64,000 nt of DNA from contig OZ287700.1 in NCBI GenBank assembly GCA_965649825.1, forward strand, positions 434,001 to 498,000, in the 5' to 3' direction. A program made the position numbers and the translations under genes. This document shows positions 34,217 to 47,439 of the stretch, piece by piece. The first letter of the stretch is position 1. Every line of letters begins with the position of its first letter. The notes under the pieces were generated by a model that saw nothing but the letters and a program-made list of their open reading frames with translations, did not search any database and had not been told where the DNA came from. The stretch comes from Penicillus capitatus. Lineage: Eukaryota; Plantae; Chlorophyta.

Positions 34217-36270
34217 ATGGCGCCGAAGAATTCGGCAAAGTCCCGCGCCACCGTCGATGACGCTCGCTTCGTCAAGATTAAAACGGACCCACGGTTTCGA
34301 ACGTTGAAGAGCAAGAAAAGGCAAACACAACCCATCACCGATACTCGCTTTGCTCGTATCTCTCTTCCACGTCTAACTCCGTTCGCTTTGAGTTTCTACA
34401 GGCGCTCTCGAGGATCCCGCCTTTCAGGAAATCCCTCAGATACCCATCGACAAATATGGACGCGAGGTAGGTTGGATGACCCAAACCTTCATCAACCTTT
34501 GACGACATTGCTCAGAATCGCTCTCTCTTCCGACGTCCGACTGGGGAGCATCTTAATGATCACGAGCCGAAAGGGGCACTGCTCATGCAAAGGATGCTTG
34601 GACTCTGCCCATCTGATTCGGAAACGGAATCTTCATTGGCATCTCTCTCCGAAGAAGAAGATAGAAAGGAATGGGGCGCTGGTATCTGGGCAGCCAATCC
34701 AGATGAATCGATCTCCGAAACGAACGCGACAAGGAGAATTGCCGTTGTTGACATGGACTGGTCCAAAGTCTCTGCGGCGGCGTTGCTTGCTCTCTTTCGA
34801 TCTTTCGTCTCAGAATCTCCTGCATCGGTACAGAACGTCACTGTCTATCTGTCAGACTACGGAATAGAGCGGCTTCCAAAGGAGGACCGACAGGGACCCA
34901 GTGCGCTCGGTCTCTTCAAACCCGAATTATCGACCGAGAAAGATGAGAGCGGTGATGATCACATTGATCCAGAAGAACTGCGACGGTATGAGAAGTCCAA
35001 GTTGCGCTACTACTATGCCGTCGTCGAGTGCATCTCTGTTGATGTCGCAGAACGACTCATGAAGGAACTGGACGGCAGCGAATTCGAAACCTCTCGATGT
35101 ACATTGGATCTGAGATATATCCCAGACGAAGAATCTTTCCTCGGTCGTCCCGTACGGGATTCGGCAGAAACGGTACCGGGCGATTTCGAGGCGCCCGAGT
35201 TCGAATGCAACGCTCTTCAAAAGACGAATGTCAAACTCTCCTGGGATGATGACGACGAACATCGGCTGAAAGTCGTCCGCCGCCGATTTACAGAAGAGGA
35301 GCTACAGGATCAGGACTTCTCGGCCTATCTGGCTTCAGAGAGCGATGCCGACAGCATTGATGGCGACCGAGTGCCAAACTACGAAGCTCTGCTGAAGGAT
35401 GTCCACTCCGAGCCGAACGCAAGGAAGGGATCCAAGGCCACAATACGACAGAACAGCGCATCGGATGTGTCTGATACCGATTCGGATGACTGTCTGGCTT
35501 CGGCTCTTGTGCTCGATCGACGAAGAAAGGCTCGGAAAGACGGAAAGAAAATCTGGGACAAGTATGAGAAGCGTCGGAGTGAGAAAGTGCAACGGCAGAA
35601 GCGCCGAGGACAGTTCAAGGTTGACGGTAGCGCATCGGATTCCGACTCTGGTCTCAGCTCCGTCGAGGACAACGATACAGACGGTCTGTTGATCGAGATG
35701 CCCGAACAAGAAAAAGACATCGTCATGACACTTCCAGACTCGCCCAAAGAGAAACCTGCACCCACATCACCAATCAACGATCAGGAGGAAACGAGAAGAG
35801 TCACGTCCAACATCGAGCTGCTGATGATGGATGACCAAATGCTCAAAGTACTGGCCGCCAAATCATCATCCGACCTCTTGTTGTGCTATCGGTTGACAGG
35901 AGGCACGTGTGGGTCAGTGTGTGGACGGGGTGGCAGCAGTGCTTGGTGTGAAGAAGAGTAAGAAAAGACTGAGTCACCGGGAGCGTGTGCGGCAAGGCAT
36001 CGCAAAGAAAAAACAGAGAGCCGTAACAAAAGAAGAGGGCGACTTGACAGGCTTCAAAGTTCTTCTATACTACAGACGTTCGTGTGTCGAACATTTTATT
36101 ACATCTAGGTGAACGTAGAGGATCCTCGTTTTGAGGAATTGCTGCAATCCACGGACTTTGCCATTGATCCAACTGATCCAGCATTCAAACGCACTTCCGG
36201 TGCAGAAACCATCTTGCAGCACGTACGGCAGAAAACCAAATCCTGTGAGAAACGCCTTTCTTTGTACTGA
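34217..36270 (+). CDS. ESF1: Pre-rRNA processing protein ESF1 (multi-exon)
   Basis: DDARF...DPRF, DKYGR, TRRIAVVDMDW, RYYYAVVEC, LDLRYIPD, C-terminal NUC153-like DPRFEELLQSTDFAIDPTDPAFK. Confidence 0.92.
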
Positions 36271-36306
36271 CCTCTGTTCTTGCTTGACACGTCAGCCATC
36301 GACGAT

Positions 36307-37888
36307 TCAAGTCTGCGAGTCTGTTGTACGATTCGAATCATGCGATAGCATGAGGCCGTTGAGTGGGATGTCTCCTATCGTCATGTAGTAATCCTGATTC
36401 CAAACCAAAAAGGGATCACTGATGAGCTCCGGTAGAGGGATGGTGTCCGTCACCGACAGCAAAGAGGGATGAAATCCAGTCACCGTTCTTGACATGGTCG
36501 GCGGATCGGAGAACGTGAACTTCTGTGGCACGGGTTGCATGACAAACAGCGGATAGTGCTGCTCTGCAGGCTGATACGAGACGGCACTCTTTTGATTCGC
36601 TTTTCGCTGCTGGCTATCTCTGCTGGGAGGAGATGAAGGTTCAAGTGCTACCGAATTGGGCTCTGTCCCGTCAACAAGTTTTCTTCTCTTGGGAGAAACA
36701 GGCGATTCTATATAAGACGGACTCTTGCTTGCAGGTCCAGTCGTCTGCCACGGCAGTTTGCATGTCAAGAATGGGTATCGTGACATCTGGGCGCACTTTG
36801 CTACGTGTCATGATCGTTTGATGTGGCAATGGCATCGGATGACGTTGCCCCGCGGTGCAACTCGTATCTTGGACACCATCTGTGCAGCTTCCCGTTGATG
36901 ACAAGCCCTCATGACTGAAATCGACACTCTCGGATGCTGTCAAGCAATCGCCAAAGAGTAGCCTCTTCTTTGGACTTCCGTGGACAGTTTTCCTCCACAG
37001 CACAGATTCGGCGCCCAAAAACCCAGAACAGTTATCCGATCCGCACTGACATCTGGAAGAGATGGTATCGGTAGAGTGAGAGCATCGATGTCTTACCTGA
37101 CTCTTCTACCTCCATTCCAGTCAAGATTATAGTTGTAAGTAATCTCTTCCCCCACAGTGATATCTCTCGAGGCAAAAATGGCGATGCGTTGCTCTCCCTT
37201 AACCGTCCACTTCTGGCATTCAGAGTTTGGATCGCATGAGTGGTTGATGAAACGCGAGTAATTGCCGAATCTCGTCGCGTCAATCACTTCGTTGGGACTG
37301 CAAGAGAATATCGATAGGGTCATTCATCTCTATTCATGTCTGACTTTCAGTCTGCCTACTTTAGATTCATGATATATGTGTTTCGCAGTCCTAGTTTCTC
37401 ATAGTGATGCGCCCGTCGCTCCACTTCTTTGAGATCACATACTTCCCCTAGAAACAAACCCAGATGACGCTCGGACTCCCAAATCCGCGATGGAAGAAAG
37501 ACCAATGTACTCTACAACGAGCTGCCCAGCTGTTAGCGGTTCCTCGGCGACGACACCCCATCCCTTCTCGCCAAAATACTGTAAACTGCCACAAACACCG
37601 TCCGTTTTCAAAGATGCAAGCAGGCCAGGGAGCGAACCTCGTTTTGACCCAAAGACGCTTTTGGAGACGTTGGTTTTGGCAAGCCTCGCCGCAGGGGCAC
37701 GTTCCTTCGACGCATTCGGTAAAGAGGGATCGATTGAGACACGACTCTGTGCATCCGATGCCGTCCCCGACGCGACACTGGCAGATATCCGCCTCTTCGA
37801 ACGAAAACTTGGCCACGCCTCCGCGGCGATGGACATAGGTGTTCTCTGTTATCTGTTGAAAGGACGGTGGACGGCGATGGAAAGCCAT
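36307..37888 (-). CDS. AWS-SET-postSET histone methyltransferase (H3K36, SETD2/ASHH-like)
   Basis: CLNRSLFTEC...CQNQRLQ, KGWGV, VVEYIGEV, IDATRFGNYSRFINHSCDPN, GEEITYNY, CQCGSDNCSGFLG. Confidence 0.9.
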
Positions 37889-37952
37889 AGTAGATATGCG
37901 AATCGACGTCGCCTTCGTTTGGCACGTGAAAAGACGGAAGAGGCCAAGAAGC

Positions 37953-39579
37953 ATGGAGACCTTCATCGACGTCGCCCGTGACTCGGACTTCCCTCTGGAG
38001 AATCTCCCGTTCGGCATTTTCTCCGACAGAGAGACGACGAGGCCTCGCCCCGGCGTCGCTCTCGGAAGACAGGTCGTGGACGTGGCGAAGCTCCACGAGA
38101 AAGGACTCCTGACGGGTGCCGAGTTGAACAGACGGGACTGTTTAGCGCGGGTCGTGCGTCTTGGATCTGGTAAAGCGGTGCGATCTGGTGTGCGAAGGAG
38201 ACATTGAACGCGTTTATGGAATGCGGAGAGGCGGCGTGGAGCGAGGCTCGACAGACCCTCTCCCGTCTGCTGAGCGACAAAGAGGGCGTCCTGCGAGACA
38301 ACGAAGAGCTCAAGAAGCGTGTCCTCTATCCACAGGCGTCTCCGAATGCGGCCCTCGTCTGCGTGTGTGAAGCGGAGATCTGTAGGACGAGGTGACGATG
38401 CATCTGCCGGCAAGCATCGGGGACTTCACGGACTTCTATGCATCGAAGGCGCACGCCTCGACGGTCGGCGCCATGTTCCGCGGTCCAGAGCACGCGCTGA
38501 GCCCCAACTGGTGATCTCGGTCGGTGCTTCGCGAGTGAACAACTTCCTTTCCCTCCCAGGGTGCACATGCCGATCGCCTACCACGGCCGCTCCTCTTCGA
38601 TCGTGGTCTCGGGAACCGACATCCGCTATCCATGGTGCCGCCCAGACGCTCGGCGACCGCGTTGCATGTCTTGCCGTCTAGCGGCCAGTGGAAACCGCCC
38701 GGTGCAGATCGACCCGTCTTCGCACCGTCGACCAAAGTGGATTTCGAGCTGGAGATGGTGCATCCTCTCTCGTCCGTTTGCATCCTACTGTATCCGCGAT
38801 TGGACACAGGGGTTGTTCGTGGGTCCCGGAAACGCCTTGGGTGAGCCCATTGACGTCGGAGAGGCGCGAAAACACGCGTTCGGCTGCGTCCTGCTGAACG
38901 ACTGGTCGCTCAGAGACGTCCAGGGATGGGAAGGCCAGCCGCTGGGGCCCTTCACCTCGAAGAACTTCGTCGTGCCGCTCCGTCTCGGGGAGCTCTTCGA
39001 CGCCTGCTGTTTAGGCATCGACGATCTCGCCGTGGATCGTGACGGTGGAAGCGCTGGAGAGCTTTGCGTGCGATCTCCCTCCTCAAGATCCCCCTGCCCT
39101 GCCCTACCTGTGCTCGGACGCGCCACGGCGGACCTACGACATCCAACTGCAGGTCGACCTGCAGGCAACGGGGGAAGGACCGGTGACCGTCGCCACGTCC
39201 AATCTCAAGAACACGTAACATCCATCCTCTGCGGCCGGCAGAAAACGAACGGCGTACTGTGTGCAGCTACTGGTCGTTCCCTCAAATGCTGGCGCACCAC
39301 ACGGCAACGGGCTGCAATCTGCGTCCCGGGGATCTCCTTGGCACCGGAACGCTCAGCGCCGACGACATCGGCATGCGTGGCTGCCTGCTGGAACGCACAA
39401 AGAACGGCTCAGATCCGGCGACGTGGATTCCTCCAGGCGGTTCGCCCGTCACACGTTCCTACCTCCAGCAGGGCGATCGCATCGTTCTGCGAGGCTGGTG
39501 CGAAAAACCGAACGCGAAGCGCATCGGGTTCGGCACATGCGAGGGACGCTTGATCAACAACAGCCTTAAACTGGGATGA
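37953..39579 (+). CDS. FAH: Fumarylacetoacetase (multi-exon)
   Basis: [86 protein letters not shown]. Confidence 0.95.
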
Positions 39580-39651
39580 GCGGATAGAGACATTTCGAAT
39601 TGAATCCCACCATACACGATCTCGGAACAAATAATGCAAAACAAAGAATCC

Positions 39652-40892
39652 TCAAAGAATGATCTTGGGTTCGTGTACAGATTCCCTTATCTCCTTGTGC
39701 GGCAGAATGATGCCGCCGTTGACGTGCAGTTCGTTTCCCACGGCCACATCCTTGCCTATGACGGATCCGTTCTCGACGCGTGCCCAGTCTCCGATGCTGG
39801 ACTGCCACCCGATGATAGAATTCAGACAGACTGCGAAGTTTCCCACTCTGACCCCCTTCATCACCACGCAGTTCCGCAGCCGCACGCCGTTTCCGATGAC
39901 ACATCCTTCTCCGATGCACACGTCCGGACCGATCTCGCAGTTCTCGCCGATCTTCGCCGTCGCGTCCTTCAGCACGTTTCCTCGAAAGCCCGTTCCGCCG
40001 CACAGCTCCTGAGGATGGTGAATCCTCAGGCTGTTGAGATGGAGATGCAGGCCGGTGAGGTAGTCTCGGGGTTGGCCCACATCCATCCAGTATCCGGACA
40101 GGCACATCGAGTAGAGACGCCCGTCAGCCGCGACGCTGGGAAACACTTCGCGTTCGATGGACGTGGGACGCAGCTCGATCCGATTCAGCACCTCGGTACT
40201 CAGACAGTAGATTCCGGCATTGATCCGGTCGCTGACGAACTCCTTGGGCTTCTCCACGAAGGCGTTGATCTTTCCGTCCGGATCGGCCACGACGACGCCG
40301 TACTTCGAAGGATCGTCCACCCTGGTCAGCAGAATGGTCCCCTCGGCCTGGCGAGCCTTGTGGAACTCCAGCAGGTCGCGGAGAGGATAGTCGCAGATCA
40401 CGTCGCTGTTCAGGACGAAGAACGGATCGCCCGAGCCGTCGTCCAGCAGACCGCGGGCAAGAGCCAGCGGGCCTGCCGTCCCCATCGGCTCCGTTTCCTG
40501 CGTGGACACACACACCTTCATCATCATGAGAGGACGGAAGCGAGGGTCACGCGCCTGAGAAAGAGTGATCTTGATGCTCAGCTTCTCGGACCACTCGTCC
40601 ACGAAGCTCTTCATGACCTGGGTGGGATCCGAGAAAGGGCGTTGGAGGGTTTTGAGGCGAGCTCGGCGGTTACCTCGGGTTGGTAGTTTATGGCGAGAAT
40701 CACTTCGGTGCAACCCGCGTACTTGAGTGCCTGAAAGAAGGGTGAGGGAAGAGCGAACGCGTTTGCCTGCTGCACCTCTATCTGGTGAATGACCATCGGC
40801 TTGTTCGCGAACTCGACGAGCGGTTTGGGGCAGGAGAGTGTCAGCGGACGCAGACGGGTTCCATACCCACCGACCAGAATCAAAGCCTTCAT
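39652..40892 (-). CDS. GMPP: GDP-mannose pyrophosphorylase (mannose-1-phosphate guanylyltransferase)
   Basis: [57 protein letters not shown]-terminal hexapeptide repeats. Confidence 0.95.
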
Positions 40893-41014
40893 TCTCGACG
40901 CCCTCGACCGTGAAAAGAGAACGGAAATCGCTGCTTCGAAGAACCTCTGGCGGTCGGTGCAAATGCTCTGAAGACGCGCCGCGCGGTGCCGTCACGTCCA
41001 ATCAAGCGCCCCAG

Positions 41015-41790
41015 ATGAAGAGAAATGCATTGGTTGCCTGGCCAGTACTACTGCTCGTGGTCCATCGAGCGTCGGCGGAGGAGTGCTCCCGCGAGGCGTC
41101 CCGCCACGCACGCGGCGTCATCGAAAGCGTCCGGCGACTGTCGCTTCTTCTGCTCGCGACGACGGCGGTGTGTGTAGTACATTCAGCCGAAGGTGGCGTC
41201 TCTCGGCTACGTGTGGCCCGACGACTGTCCTCTCAATCCAGAGTCCGACCTGTACCTCTGGCAAGAAAGACACAAGAGCCAACGCGGCGACGGCAACTGG
41301 AGATGCGGTTTCTGTGGGAAAGTGAGAACCACGTCCACTCGCTTCCGCGTCGAGGCACAGTTGACAGGTGTTCGAGTCCGAATCCTATCTGGATCGCCAC
41401 CTGAAGCTGCGCCACGGCAACGAATTCCGTCCCAACGCCACGCGATGCCTGGCCACCCTGTGCCCTCTGCTGCACTGCGACTACTTTGCACACGTCTCCT
41501 CCGCCTCGAACGACTGTCACGACGCGCCGGCGCGTCTGGAGAAGATCCAGTGCGAAGTGCTCATGCACAAGTGCTTTCCGTCCACCGAAAGCGCCGAGGC
41601 GGCTGCGCTGTACGCCTTCGCTCGGCAGACGCTCTGCGAAGCGCACGTGTGCGATGCCATGGAGCGTCAGCGCGTTCTGCGCGATCTCGATCGCCGCGTG
41701 CGGCCGAAGCGGTTTCTCTACGATCTCTATGCCATGATCATTATCCTGTCGGTTGTCGTATACTGGACGGTGCTGTTGTGTCGCCCGTAA
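41015..41790 (+). CDS. C2H2 zinc-finger protein with N-terminal signal and C-terminal TM segment
   Basis: Spliced WRCGFCGKVFESESYLDRHLKLRH; CLATLCPLLHC; hydrophobic N- and C-termini. Confidence 0.75.
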
Positions 41791-41857
41791 CGACGTGCCA
41801 CGACCTGTCACATCGTGCAGTGTCTACCCTTGTCGCGGAAACGAACAGCCTCAGCGC

Positions 41858-43275
41858 ATGAACGAGCAACGGAGGAGGCGACACGGCCATCGTTCCCTTC
41901 AGACACTGGGCCAACGCTACCTCGTCGGCGGAACCCTCGGAGAGGTGTTCGTTCGCATCCGAGGCGCTCGTGCGCGCGTTCGGTCTGTTCAGGGATCCTT
42001 CGCAAAGGTCAAGTATGCCGAACACAACATCACGCGTCAGCCTGTCGCTATCAAGATCATCTCGAGGAAGCGTCTGACCCGTGAGGGTCTCTGCGACGCC
42101 GTTGACCAGGAGATCGCCATCGCACGTCGCCTTGAGCATCCAAACATCGTCAACATTCAAGACGCATCTCTCCCGTTTCTCACATCCGTTGTCGACTGCT
42201 CGTTCCCACTAGGTGCACGTGACAGACGAGAAGATTTGTATTATTATGGAGTACGTGGACGGTGGCACCCTGTTTGACAAAATCGTGAGAGAGGGACCGC
42301 TGAAGGAACCGGCAGCTCGCTCTATATTTCGGCAGCTGCTCGACGCCTTGATCCATTGCCACGGTCAAGGTGTCCTTCATCGGGATCTCAAACCAGAAAA
42401 CGTGCTGCTCGCCAGCAATGGCGACGTCAAGCTCTCGGATTTTGGTCTCAGTAGTTTTTTAACTGAGCACGATGGAGAAAACGGATCCGACCGGAAGATC
42501 TGCGGGACGCCGAACTACACAGCTCCAGAGATTCTTCAGCGACAGGAGCACCAAGGATCCCCTGTCGACGTCTGGTCGCTGGGTACGGGAAGTCCTTTGC
42601 ACGCACGCATCGCGCAGGGCCTGCTGGATGGTGCAGGGGTTGTATTGTATGTCATGGTGGTTGGGAAATTGCCTTTCCAAGAGAGATCGTTGACGAGACT
42701 CGTCCGCAGGATCGTCTCGGGAGCGTACGAACTGTCAACGTCCCTGTCTCCGACGCTCCGAGACCTCCTGCAGAAGATGCTGAAAGCAGATCCCGGCGAA
42801 CGAATACGACTCGTCGACATCGCGAAGCACAAATGGGTTGCTTCAGGCAGTTCTCGGCATCCAGATGGCGCCGATATTGACAGCCGCCGTGTGTGGTTAG
42901 ATGCAGAGAACGATGCTGTCGAGGAGGAGAATGGAGAACTCGCGGTCTTGGACGACATCAGCGTGCGAAAGAAGGGTTTCGCTTCGCATGGCGGCGACCG
43001 TTCCTCGATGAGACATTTCAAAATCGATGCGATCGATGGAAGCAGAAGAGCTGCTGCCGACGATGCAGAAGTGGCGGCAGTCTCTGCACACAAGCAGACA
43101 TGCACCGCCGAATGGTAGAGCCGTCGTGCTTTCCTTCTTCTGATCTCTGCGGCGTGTTCTGGCAGCGAAGTGGCCCGCCGCTCGAATTCCGTACGCTGCT
43201 TGGTATCAGTGGTCCGTGAAAGCGACGAGACAGCTCGTGTGGATCCAGCTCACTGAGCAGCTGGCCGATTCTTAA
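41858..43275 (+). CDS. SnRK/CIPK-like Ser/Thr protein kinase (multi-exon)
   Basis: LGEGSFAKVK, VAIKII, HRDLKPENVLL, KLSDFGLS, CGTPNYTAPE, DVWSLGV; 3' end approximate. Confidence 0.9.
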
Positions 43276-46200
43276 TTTTTATTCGGTGAAGATGTGTACT
43301 GACGCGAAACAAACTGCGTTTGTGGGGGGGGAGTCAATTGCCTTTCATGCCCGACCTCTCGCATGTCTCACCGTCCTTCTGTGAAATGCATCGTCGTGTT
43401 GTGCAACAGTGTGTCCGTGCTTCATTTTGAAGTGATGACAGTCGAAGAGTGGATTGTTCGGTCTCTTCCTCGACTGCCGATTGTGTAAACGTGCAGATTG
43501 CCGTTGTCTCGATCTAGCTCCCTTTGCATCTTCGTCCACACGACCGCTGCAAGTCTATCACTCTTTTGTCTTCCTGTACTCGGACTCGAGACGCTGCACA
43601 TCTTCTCTGGCATTGCAGAGCTCAGAGCTTGGTATCTGAAACAGGCCGGCCTCCGAGATCAAGGTACTGCAAGGTCACCCGACACTCGAGTGCAGGTCTC
43701 TCGGACAGAAGGTCGTGTACGGTAGTGATAGCAGACAGCAGCATCGCGACACACGACAAGCTGAGCTGTCCTCCGCCTTGTCTCTCGGCGGGACAAGATT
43801 CACCAAAGAGATCTGTGGATCTCAGACTTCTTCGGCCAACAGATGGCGGACGTGATCGACGACGCAATGCGTCCCAGATAGACACGCTTCGCAAGAGCCA
43901 CGCAGGCATCGGAGATTTAGTGTTTCGTGGCCATAACATGCGCAACGTTACAGGATTTGGGACTAGTTGCTTGAACAATGTTTGGAAATGCTACTTTTCA
44001 GAAAGAGTAACATCCAGTAAAGAGTGTTAGAACAGTGGTTGGAGAGAATTCGTAAATGGTCGCTTTTTTGTACAGGGTGACATTCCATTAAAAAGTCTCA
44101 GAACGGTTGGTAAGCAAGCTTGTAAACTGTAACTCTTCAGAAAGTGTGATGTTGCGACGTCCAGTAAAAAGTGTGACATCTCGAGAAAAAGTGTCATGTT
44201 GGTGGAGCACAGAAGAAAAGATGCCCACCCCGCCACAAAGTCTGCATGCAAAGAATAAGTGAGAAACTGTGACTTTGCCATAGAAGAACTTACGGTCGGC
44301 GAGCGGCGCCTCGCAGTGCGGCGCGGGCGGTCACCCCGAACGAGCACTGGCACCGATTCCAGTCAGGGTGCGCGAGGAGAACGAGATGCAACCGATGATC
44401 GACTACTGGGAGGCAGGTCGTGCGGCCCTCGATGCGGCGACGCGCAGCGCGGACATGCAAGAAAGGGGTCCATGACATGAAAGGAGGAAAAGGGGGACCC
44501 GAGAAAAACACAGGCACAACAGGGAAACATCAAAGAGAGCAAACGAACACATGCAGGTGAGAAAACAGACAAGGAAAGGGAAACGACTGTTAAGAGCAAG
44601 AAACGCAGGGGAAACAGGCAAACAGGCAGCGAGGAGAGCACACGAGAGGAAGAGATGAAAAAACGGACAGGGGGAGACACAAGAGACACCCGGGAGGGAG
44701 GAAAGAGGAAGAAAATTCGGTCCCGGGTGTCTGAGAGCTGCACGTTACCTCCGTTCATCTACAGTGTACACCCGCCTGCCCCATGTGCGCGACCCCGAAA
44801 GGCGGGCAGGTCGCCAAGGCCCTACCCGCTGGTGCCGCGAAAGGGGTCGACGCCGCTGCCTCGGGGTGGGAGGCGGATGCAGTTGGCTGGTGGACGGTTT
44901 CTGGTTCTCTGGGGTCTGGATGTTGATTCGGATGCGCTCCACGCTCCAAGGTCCATCCGACCTGCAGCCTGTCTCAGAGTCTGGATTCTCTGAGTTCTTG
45001 AGTTCTCGGCAGCTCTGCCCTCTCCAGTCCATCATTCTGCTCTTCGCCTTCTTCCAGAACTTTCTCGGGAACTTGTTTGTCTGGGTCCTTTTGCACCACA
45101 GTCACGTGTTTTCATGTTGTGATCTTCGCTGTTAATCACATGTATAAGCAAGAACAGAGATGGATGGTCTTACTCTTGATGCGTGGATTCAGCAATAGTT
45201 GGTCTCTTGACGGTGTGGAAGACAGAAGTCAGGACTGAGACCATGTCGATTAGCGCACACTTCGTGGCAACACTGAGAAATCAGCTGACGAACTCAGGCA
45301 GGTTTCCAGGCTTGTCTTCTATGTTCTCAATGACCATCGGCTTCGATGCCTCCAGTCGACGTCAATTCAACGAAGAACGCGGGAATCCATGAATCACTGG
45401 AGTCCTGATAGTGGCTCTTCCCTCAGCTATGTATGCCGGGACGTATCTCTCTCAGCAGAAAATGCTTCGTCCTATCTCAGGACTGTGACATCGTTTAGAG
45501 AGGAGAGTGTATAAAGGATAGGCAAACCTTTCGATTGCATCTTTCCAGTGGATGCTGTTGATCCCTTAAGCAGCCCAAAATCCGACTGCTTGCATCAGCT
45601 CCAGTCCAGGACTGCATTAGTTGACAGCTCCCTTTATGAACTCGCATCCCTTCCAGTGGTGTTGGTAGCCAGGGAAGACGTTCTGCTTCTTCAGATCGCA
45701 GTCCAGCAGACAACCCATCGACGCCTGGCTGAGAACCCTCATTCAATTGGGACACATCACTTCTATTCAGTAGATAGTAATGCGTCAGTCTTCAGCAGAC
45801 ATCCGTCCACTGCCTGACAGAACGTGTTCAAGCGCACTCTAAGACTCTATGGATGACCTACCTCGTTAGTGGTGAGTCTTTACTGGGAGGACGATGTGGA
45901 CAGATCCTTCCTGTAGATTCTGTCGATATGTCTTGGCGGTCACACTGATGCGAAGCTCCACGAGCCCCAGAGAGCCACCGTGGCAGATCACTTTTCTTCG
46001 ATGGCCATTGACCACTTGTCATGTCTTGAGAGGTCGGGCCATCTCCTCAGCAGCACCCTTATCTTCGACAGGGTCTAGAGATCAAACGTCGTTTAACCAC
46101 TGGACTCCTTTCGGTGACCTCGCCTATTGGACAGAGGGTTGTTGTCATTTCATCCAGGCTTCTTGAGATGTGCTCTCCAGACACATTCGGAAAGAACTCC

Positions 46201-47439
46201 ATTCCAGTCAGCACATTGGATTCTGATGGGCAGGTGTGGCATCTCCACACTGTCGATTTCTTCTCTTGTGTACAGGTCACTTTTAAAGGCCATCCAGTCT
46301 CCGCTAAATGCTGAATGCCCGCGAAACGGAAGAAACTGCGCTTGCGTTTACTGAATGGATGCTAATGTGCAGCAGCTGGATTCTGCATGCTCCGGCAAGA
46401 TCAACTACATCTGTACTCGTCTTGGACACTTCGTTTTCGATCTTATTTTCTGACGTGATTGAGAATGGCTCAGACCTGACTTGTACAGACGCTCTTTCTC
46501 GGACTCTTTCGAAAAAGGATTTCGTGTCAGTCACACAAGAGATGATTCGCCTGTATGGCATCTGCAAACTGACGAGAAGCTCCCTTTCTGGCGGATCCAT
46601 CATTTTTGTATTCGGTTTGATCCAGGTTCTCTGTGGAATTCTGGTACTCCATGACGTTGAACATGCACCAGTTGCCTGCAGATGAACGTTTCCACACATC
46701 TTGATGTATCCAAAGACGCCAGGGAAATCTGCTCCAGCTTCATTCTGAAAGACCGATTCTGTTTCTGGGGACGATCCAAATTATTTTCGGATGTCTTGTG
46801 TCCTGCGCCGACGTGTGAGCACGAGATGCTCGGTCGACTGGATCCCCGTGACGTACAGTTCTTTCTCCATCTCTCACAAGAAAGCGAACCGGATCCTTGT
46901 TGGAGCATCATCTACACTAACTGGATCACAATACATTAGAAGAACAAGATAGGCCTTACGGTAGAGGATTCATGAATGTCTGTTCATGATGGTCTTCTGG
47001 CAGAAAACGGTGTGCTCCAGAACAGAGTCTGTATTCAGAAGACCATCTCTCTTCATCGACATCGAAACATGAGCCTCCTCACTCTTTTTCGTGAGCATGT
47101 GCAGTCCATGCATTCTCTCGGCCACTGTGATTCAACTGCTGCCCATTTGTTGACAACGCAGAACGAGGTCCATCCGGACTCGCACGAAACACCGAAGGAT
47201 GGTTTCTCGCTTCCGATTCAACGGCTTCCATGCAAACGGGTTTGCTTCTCATGACCTTTATAGAACGAAAGAGAAATCAGGGATGTGAACAACGAACAAA
47301 GACGGACTCACTTTCTTCTGTCAGCAGTCCAAATAGCACTTCCTCAGCACAGTCTTCGGGACGACAGTCTGCAAGCCCTGTCTTATCTTACAAAGGGCAG
47401 CGATTGGAAAGGAAAATCCAGAAGATGAAGTGATTTGTT

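Noticed and set aside
39634-40686. 350-aa plus-strand ORF and many similar long ORFs
   Set aside because: Antisense shadows of real GC-rich genes (here GMPP); no motifs of their own.
1-43275. Stop-codon reassignment (TAA/TAG = Gln, as in some ulvophytes)
   Set aside because: In-frame stops in conserved genes fall inside inferred introns, and genes end normally at TAA, TAG or TGA.
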